Source: Amoebidium appalachense
Taxonomy: Eukaryota > Protista > Ichthyosporea
Length of the DNA: 64,000 nt
Direction: 5' to 3'
NCBI GenBank assembly: GCA_963693365.1
Contig: CAVNZM010000006.1
Coordinates: 4,629,264-4,693,263 of the forward strand
A program made the position numbers and the translations under genes. A model generated the notes under the pieces. That model did not search any database. It saw nothing but the letters and a program-made list of their open reading frames with translations, and had not been told where the DNA came from. Of this stretch, positions 58,118 through 64,000 are shown piece by piece; position 1 is the first letter of the stretch, and each line of letters opens with the position of its first letter.

Positions 58118-58821
58118 GGGGCAATCCTATGATACGAATCTTGAGAGACCGATAAATCTGAGAAACTTATGATCCCATACTTGGTTATTTTCTTTTTTTA
58201 TGCGTTTTTTCTCATTGGTTTTTTTTAATATGGGCGGGGAATTGGGCGGGGCGGATACGGACACTCAGGCCTGCAACGAGAAAAAAAAAACGATACCCAG
58301 AACGTGAAATGTGAGCTCTCATGAGCTGCAGGTCGAAACCCTTCGGACGTGTTTTCTACGTAATAAAAGGGCACAAACCACTTTCTTTTCAACTAAATAG
58401 GTGTTTTTGAGTAGCTTGGGCCTTTGTTTGGGTGTAATATTGTAGGGGTAGGTAGCTGTGTGAGCACGTGATGCTCGGGTAGCAATGGCCTTCATAGCTG
58501 ACCACAACACTAGCATAGTACAGCACTGTTGTAACTGCGTGACAGTAAATGGCAGACTCCCAAAAAAAACAAGCCTATGCCTGTATGCCTAAGCTTCGCA
58601 AAAAAGGGCCCACTCGCAGTGCACCTAGTGTAATAAAGCAGGTATGGTCGACAAATCAACTGCCTGTACTAAACGGCTGTCGCTTTATTGTTTTAAGTAC
58701 AAGTTCCTACTAGAGGACATAAAATTGTATTGTAGAGGGTTTTTCCGTTTTCAAAATAATCATCCCTTCACAAGATATACGAGTTTCTGGGAAAAGTTCT
58801 CAAGATTCGTAGGTTTGCCCC
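58118..58821. mobile_element. Non-autonomous TIR element (~700 bp), GGGG...CCCC ends, TA on both flanks
   Basis: Left end ta|ggggcaatcctatgatacgaatcttgaga..agaaact; reverse complement of right end ta|ggggcaaacctacgaatcttgaga..agaaact. Confidence 0.75.
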
Positions 58822-60171
58822 TAACGATATTTTTTTCAAATTGAATCTGGCTGTCGATTAGTTTTCCCGCCAAAACGCTTACATACAGAGTCGCGTGGTT
58901 TGTGTATATGCACAGTCTGCTTTTGTTGTGTCGCCTTCCAATCACCTAGGCCTCTGTTTGAACAATTACTGCGTCCCGCCTTTCTAGCCAGAGTACAGGC
59001 CGGGTGCGTGCCATCTCCCGAGGGTGCTCAGGTGCAACACCTGCTACACCGCTTTCTTTCTTTCGAGCACTGTCATGTCCCATAGCCATAAAAATGGCAT
59101 ACGGAATACATGCTGTAAAACACAGCGCTGCAAGCACAAAGCAAACACACACACACGCACACGCACACACCAACACGCATACACTCGCGCGCGCGCGCAC
59201 ACACGCACACACGCGCGCCCAACATTTCAACACGGCGTCACCCAATCACGATCGCTCATAGTAAAAAACCAACAAAAAATAGACATGAGCACACCAAAAA
59301 GAATATTTGTGCGTGTTCTCAACGGTGAAAGGCAGCTTCTTTACCAAGTAATGTAGACCTTACCGCGACAGCGCGAAGAGTTCTGAGCGCCGCAAAGTCG
59401 AGTAAGTTACTCAGGTATGCACTGAAATGTATACATACACCAATCGGCCGGAAATGCAAGAACATTTTCGCCCATGGCCGTGAGGCCGGCCAGGAGCCTA
59501 GCTAACGCTTTGTGAAAAGCTGAAGATTGGTCTCATGGGCATATATATGCGTGGTACGGACATGCGAGCAGGTTGGGGGCAAGGCTTCGGGCCTGGACTC
59601 TATTGTAGGCGGATAAAGCAAACACTGAGAGCCAGGAGCCTGAGTGTGCCTGTACCTTACATGCTCTTGTGGGGACACAGCAGAGGAACACATGAATAAT
59701 CAATCATTGTGCATATATTAAGGCACGCGCACAAACAAACGCGCGCACACACACATATACACCGTCAAACACCTGCACCTGCACCCCTTCTCTACTCGTC
59801 CACTCTTCCACCCAAGAGCACATTGGTATACACACATACACGTGCACGCACACAGTGACACGGCTATGCATACGCGCGCGCACACATTCACCTGTGTGCA
59901 TGTACATATTAGGTGCACACCCATACACACCCCACTCCCGCCCACTCACAACTGTTATAACGTTCATCTCTCCAGCCCTCCTCCTCTCCCCATCCTCTCT
60001 CTCTCTCTCTCTTCTCTCTCTTTTCTCTCTCTCTCTCTCTTTCTCCCTCCCTCCCCTCCCCCCCCCCCCCCCCCCCCCCCCCCCTCCTCTCTCTCTCTCT
60101 CTCTCTCTCTCTGTATGTGTCACAGTGTCCGTCTCTCTCTCTCTGTCTCCGAGCTTTCTCTCTCTCGTTCT

Positions 60172-60284
<113 letters not shown>

Positions 60285-60362
60285 CCCCCCCCCCCCCCCT
60301 CCCTCTCCCTCTCCCTCCCCCTCCCTCTCCCTCTCCCTCTCCCTCTCCCTCTCCCTCTCCCT

Positions 60363-60411
<49 letters not shown>

Positions 60412-60428
60412 ATCATCTCTATCACTAC

Positions 60429-60459
<31 letters not shown>

Positions 60460-60779
60460 TGACAAACCCCATCACCTCATCAACAACAACACCAACCACC
60501 ACTGTCTCCCTCCTTTGCCTGCCACGTGCGACTGTGGCCTCAGCCGGCGCCGTATATGACCAAGTATATTCTATTTTCAAGGCTATGAATGGGCACGTGA
60601 TCAGTCACTTCGGAAGGAAAGTTTTGTAAGCTTGAAAAATAAGGGCTACCTCAAAAGATAGCAGCTCCTTTGCATACTCGTTTCTAAATCACATGGGCAT
60701 GTCATTCATCAGGCTAAGAAATAGTACTGCAAAATCGTGAGCTTATGATTAATTCAATTGCAAGTATCCTACACTCTGT

Positions 60780-60818
<39 letters not shown>

Positions 60819-62564
60819 AATTGTCCTTCCTCCTCATTTGATTTGTAGATGTCTGCATACACTTCCACTACCGTGACACATACACACGTGACACACACAC
60901 AACAGCTCATAGAGGTTGTTTTGCCCCCCCCCCCCCCACCACCACCACCACCACCACCCATATGGCCATATCATCTTCACACACACGCACAAAAAAAAAA
61001 AAAAAAAAAAAAAAAAAGAAGAAGAAGAAGAAGAGATGGTAGTTGTCTGGTTTGCATGGCCTCGGTTATGTTGCCTCTAATTATCTCGGTTTTTGGTTCT
61101 ACTAGTAGCGCTGTGGCCGTGCAGTATACGTAATTAACATTAACAAGGGGTGTATTTCATATGTATCAAGATGTACATATCCATGCACATGGGGCACATA
61201 TTGTGTTTCCCGATTTGCCGTAGGAGGCGGCCAATAAAGTGCAATGATCCCCAGGGAGAGGGGGGGGGGGGCGGGAGGGGGGGCTTGCTGAGATGGTATT
61301 TAGGCAGTTTCAGATTCAGCAACACGATTGTGCGTGATGTGGCGCTGCACGTTTGAAATACTCCGAGCTCCTTTTTGCTAAGTTAGCAAGCATTTCAGGC
61401 TGCGAGACATGTTCTTGTACACTATCATCGTAACGGGTGGGCTCTCGTCAGGCTGCTCTGATCGATGTTAACTTACCACACAGTCGTCAGTTGGACAAGA
61501 AAACCTCTTCGCCTGTTTTGACACCCAGCTGAGAACATTTATACCAGGTTGTGTTAAAGCGACCCTTGCTATTTAGTCCATGCCGGTACGAGGTTGGTAA
61601 CATCAGTAGCCTTTTGCTTGATTCGTTACGGTATACTATGCACTTGTCTCCGGAAAGTTTCTGTTGCTCGCAATCATCCAAGTCGAAGGTGTGGAGTGTT
61701 GGGGGAGTCCCCCCTCCCCCCTCCCCTCCCCCCTCCCCCCCCCCCCCTTCCCCCCCCCTCCCCTCCCCCTCCCCCCCCCCCCTCCCCCCCCCCCCCCGGG
61801 GGCACCACCACCACATGCAAACAAAGAACAATAGCCCATATTATTTAACGGATAAAAGTTCAAGCGCACGCAATGTAAAACTAAAAAAATAGTAGGAATG
61901 TTACATGCAGCCACTAAGGATTATAACCCTGCAGCTGCCAGCTGACAAGTTCGAAGTACCGTAACGTGTGGAAAACAAAATTCTAATTAGAACACGAGTG
62001 AACGTTAACTTTGGAAAACCCGGAAGAAAGGCTATTTGTGGACCTCAAACAAACCTTTCACAAAACTTTCAGCTGCAGGTGAAAGCCGCCCGAATGCCAA
62101 AAGCATGTACCGTAGTACCGTTATCCCTTCATTGCACATATATGGATTCAGTTACCAGTAAAAGAGAAAAAGGGAACAAATAGTCGGTGCAAGAAGCAAT
62201 CTGTCGCGATCGTTCATAGTGAATTTCATGTCTCCATCAGCCTGTCAGTAAAGAAATGAGGTTCTCTGAAGGAAAAGAAGGGAGATGGGGTATAATAGAA
62301 AAGAAATAGCAAAGAGCCAGCGCAAACTATTTATGGTACCGGTTGCAACTATCTAGTAAGGACCAATACCATGCTCGTTTCCAAACTCAGTGAAATTGTC
62401 ATAGTAGCCTCCTTTATGATCTATGTTCGGAAGACTAGTGTGTAATATGTGTATGTGTTTTTTTTTTTTTTTTTTTTTTTTTTTTGGTGGTGGTGCCACG
62501 GTGGTGGTGGTGGTGGTGCTGGTACCGGTGGGTGGGTGGTGGTGGTGGTGGTGGTGGTGGTGGT

Positions 62565-62595
<31 letters not shown>

Positions 62596-62654
62596 GGGGG
62601 GGGGAGGGGGGGGAGGGGGGGGTTGGATCTATGGATAGGAGAGGTACGGTCAAG

Positions 62655-62690
<36 letters not shown>

Positions 62691-62694
<4 letters not shown>

Positions 62695-63198
62695 AGTGGC
62701 TCAATGATTACGAAATCAATCAGTTTTGGCACCAACGATCATGTCTCTTTGCGGCCCGGGTACCATATATATCAGGAGCTTTGCTGAGCGTCGGCCCTCG
62801 GGACAAATAGTAGTGGGGCAAGGTGATATATATTAGCGTTTAGCTCTTTTAGTCTTCTTACATATTTCCGAGGCCCACGCGTACGCTCAATACATTCGGG
62901 ACCATCACTCTCGAAGCGCTAGAATTAGTTGTAGAAGTGGTTCATCAGTCCTGAATGCCCATGTAACAAGATGGATGCATATGCTTTTTAGCTGACACCA
63001 GACACGAGCACGAACTTGTGTTCTGTTTCTCGTTCTTGGTGTTTCGGAAGAAATCCATGTGGATAGTAAACACGCTAGCAACTAACCTTTCAGAACCTGA
63101 CAAAAACAAAGAGCCTGTCCTCCGGTTAGTGTTTGGAGTGCTCGACAGGAGTCATTTCGAAATCACACAGGGTATGTCACTGTGTTTCCTTCCTTCCT

Positions 63199-63234
<36 letters not shown>

Positions 63235-63350
63235 TTTTTTTTTTTGGCTTAGAATGAATGCACGACCTGCAGCTTCTGTGTCCATGTTCGCTGTGTTGTG
63301 TGATATAAAGGAACGCTCTTACAACGGCAGTGTCACTGACATAAACCGGT
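62691..63350 (+). pseudogene. Decayed Ulp1/C48 SUMO-protease-like fragments
   Basis: GKWLNDYEINQFW at 62691-62730 resembles the Ulp1 WLNDxxIN motif. Downstream pieces FCFSFLVFRKKSMWIVNTL and TCSF/VSMFA are weakly compatible. Stops and frameshifts present. Confidence 0.3.
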
Positions 63351-63604
63351 CCCCCCCCCCCCCCCCCCCCCCACCCCTCCCACCCCCCCCCCTGCCCCCC
63401 CTCCCTCCCTCCCTCTCTCCCCCTCTTCCCTCCCCCTTCGCCCCGGACCCTCCCTCTCTCTCCCTCTCTCTTCCCCCCCCCCCCCCCCCCCCCCCGGTAA
63501 TATTAACACCTGCCTACCTATACTGCTCTCCGCTCCACCCTCCCAACCCCCACCCCCACCCCCCCCCCTTTACTTCCATTGGAGAGTCGTATATACGGGC
63601 TAAG

Positions 63605-63770
63605 GGGTCGAAACTCAGACGCAATTGATGACTTGGGCCCTCCCTGAGGATGGGCTCTGCTTATGACGCATACTGTGCACATGGCTATGTTGCATACTTG
63701 AATGTTTGCCTTTGCATGTGTCCTTCGTGTATGCGTACTTCGTACCGTGTTCCGCATTCAAACCCCCCTC
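63605..63770 (+). repeat. Copy of the dispersed repeat family, with GAAAC and CTGAGGA boxes
   Basis: gggtcgaaactc...ccctgaggatgggctctgcttat...tgttgcatacttgaatgtttgcc...cgtaccgtgttccgcattcaaacccc; homologous to 1620-1770. Confidence 0.75.
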
Positions 63771-64000
63771 CTCCCCCTCTTCCATCCCACCCTCTCTCCT
63801 CTTTATCTCGCCCTCCCCCCACTTCCCCCCCCCCCCCCCCCCCAACCCCACCTCCACCCCCTCCCTTCCAATGTCTCCTGTAAGCCATTTTCAACCCACC
63901 TAATCGCACACACCAAGCTCAATGTTTTGCATCCACAAGGTCACTGTTCACTGTTAGTTTTTGAGGGGATGGCGGTGGTCACCGCAAACCTCCACTTTCT

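Noticed and set aside
60530-62400. Coding-like fragments on both strands
   Set aside because: Multiple stops and no identifiable family; at most decayed TE sequence.

Overview
Eukaryotic genomic DNA. The proteins look opisthokont-like; a unicellular holozoan is a guess, not established. Introns and intergenic DNA are packed with poly(C)/poly(G), (CA)n, (CT)n and (GCAC)n tracts, so most ORF-track entries are simple-repeat artefacts. Manual splicing recovers: the 3' end of PGM3/AGM1; two divergent SLC38/AAAP amino-acid transporter paralogs, one with a His/acid-rich 5' exon interrupted by an in-frame TAG; an F-box/LRR gene; a ~830-aa protein made of three tandem RGS+C1 modules, each C1 split by a 26-nt microexon; a small two-exon orphan protein; mitochondrial methionyl-tRNA formyltransferase; and RPL7L1/RLP7. 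From ~41.9 kb on, the window is transposon-rich. It holds a six-exon ~1530-aa DUF6729-type DDE transposase with an intact WRN/EXD2-like DEDDy 3'-5' exonuclease inserted inside its catalytic domain, two TA-flanked MITE-like elements, and decayed Ulp1-like and coiled-coil fragments. A dispersed repeat family with hammerhead-like boxes occurs across the window. All domain calls come from motif recognition, not database searches.
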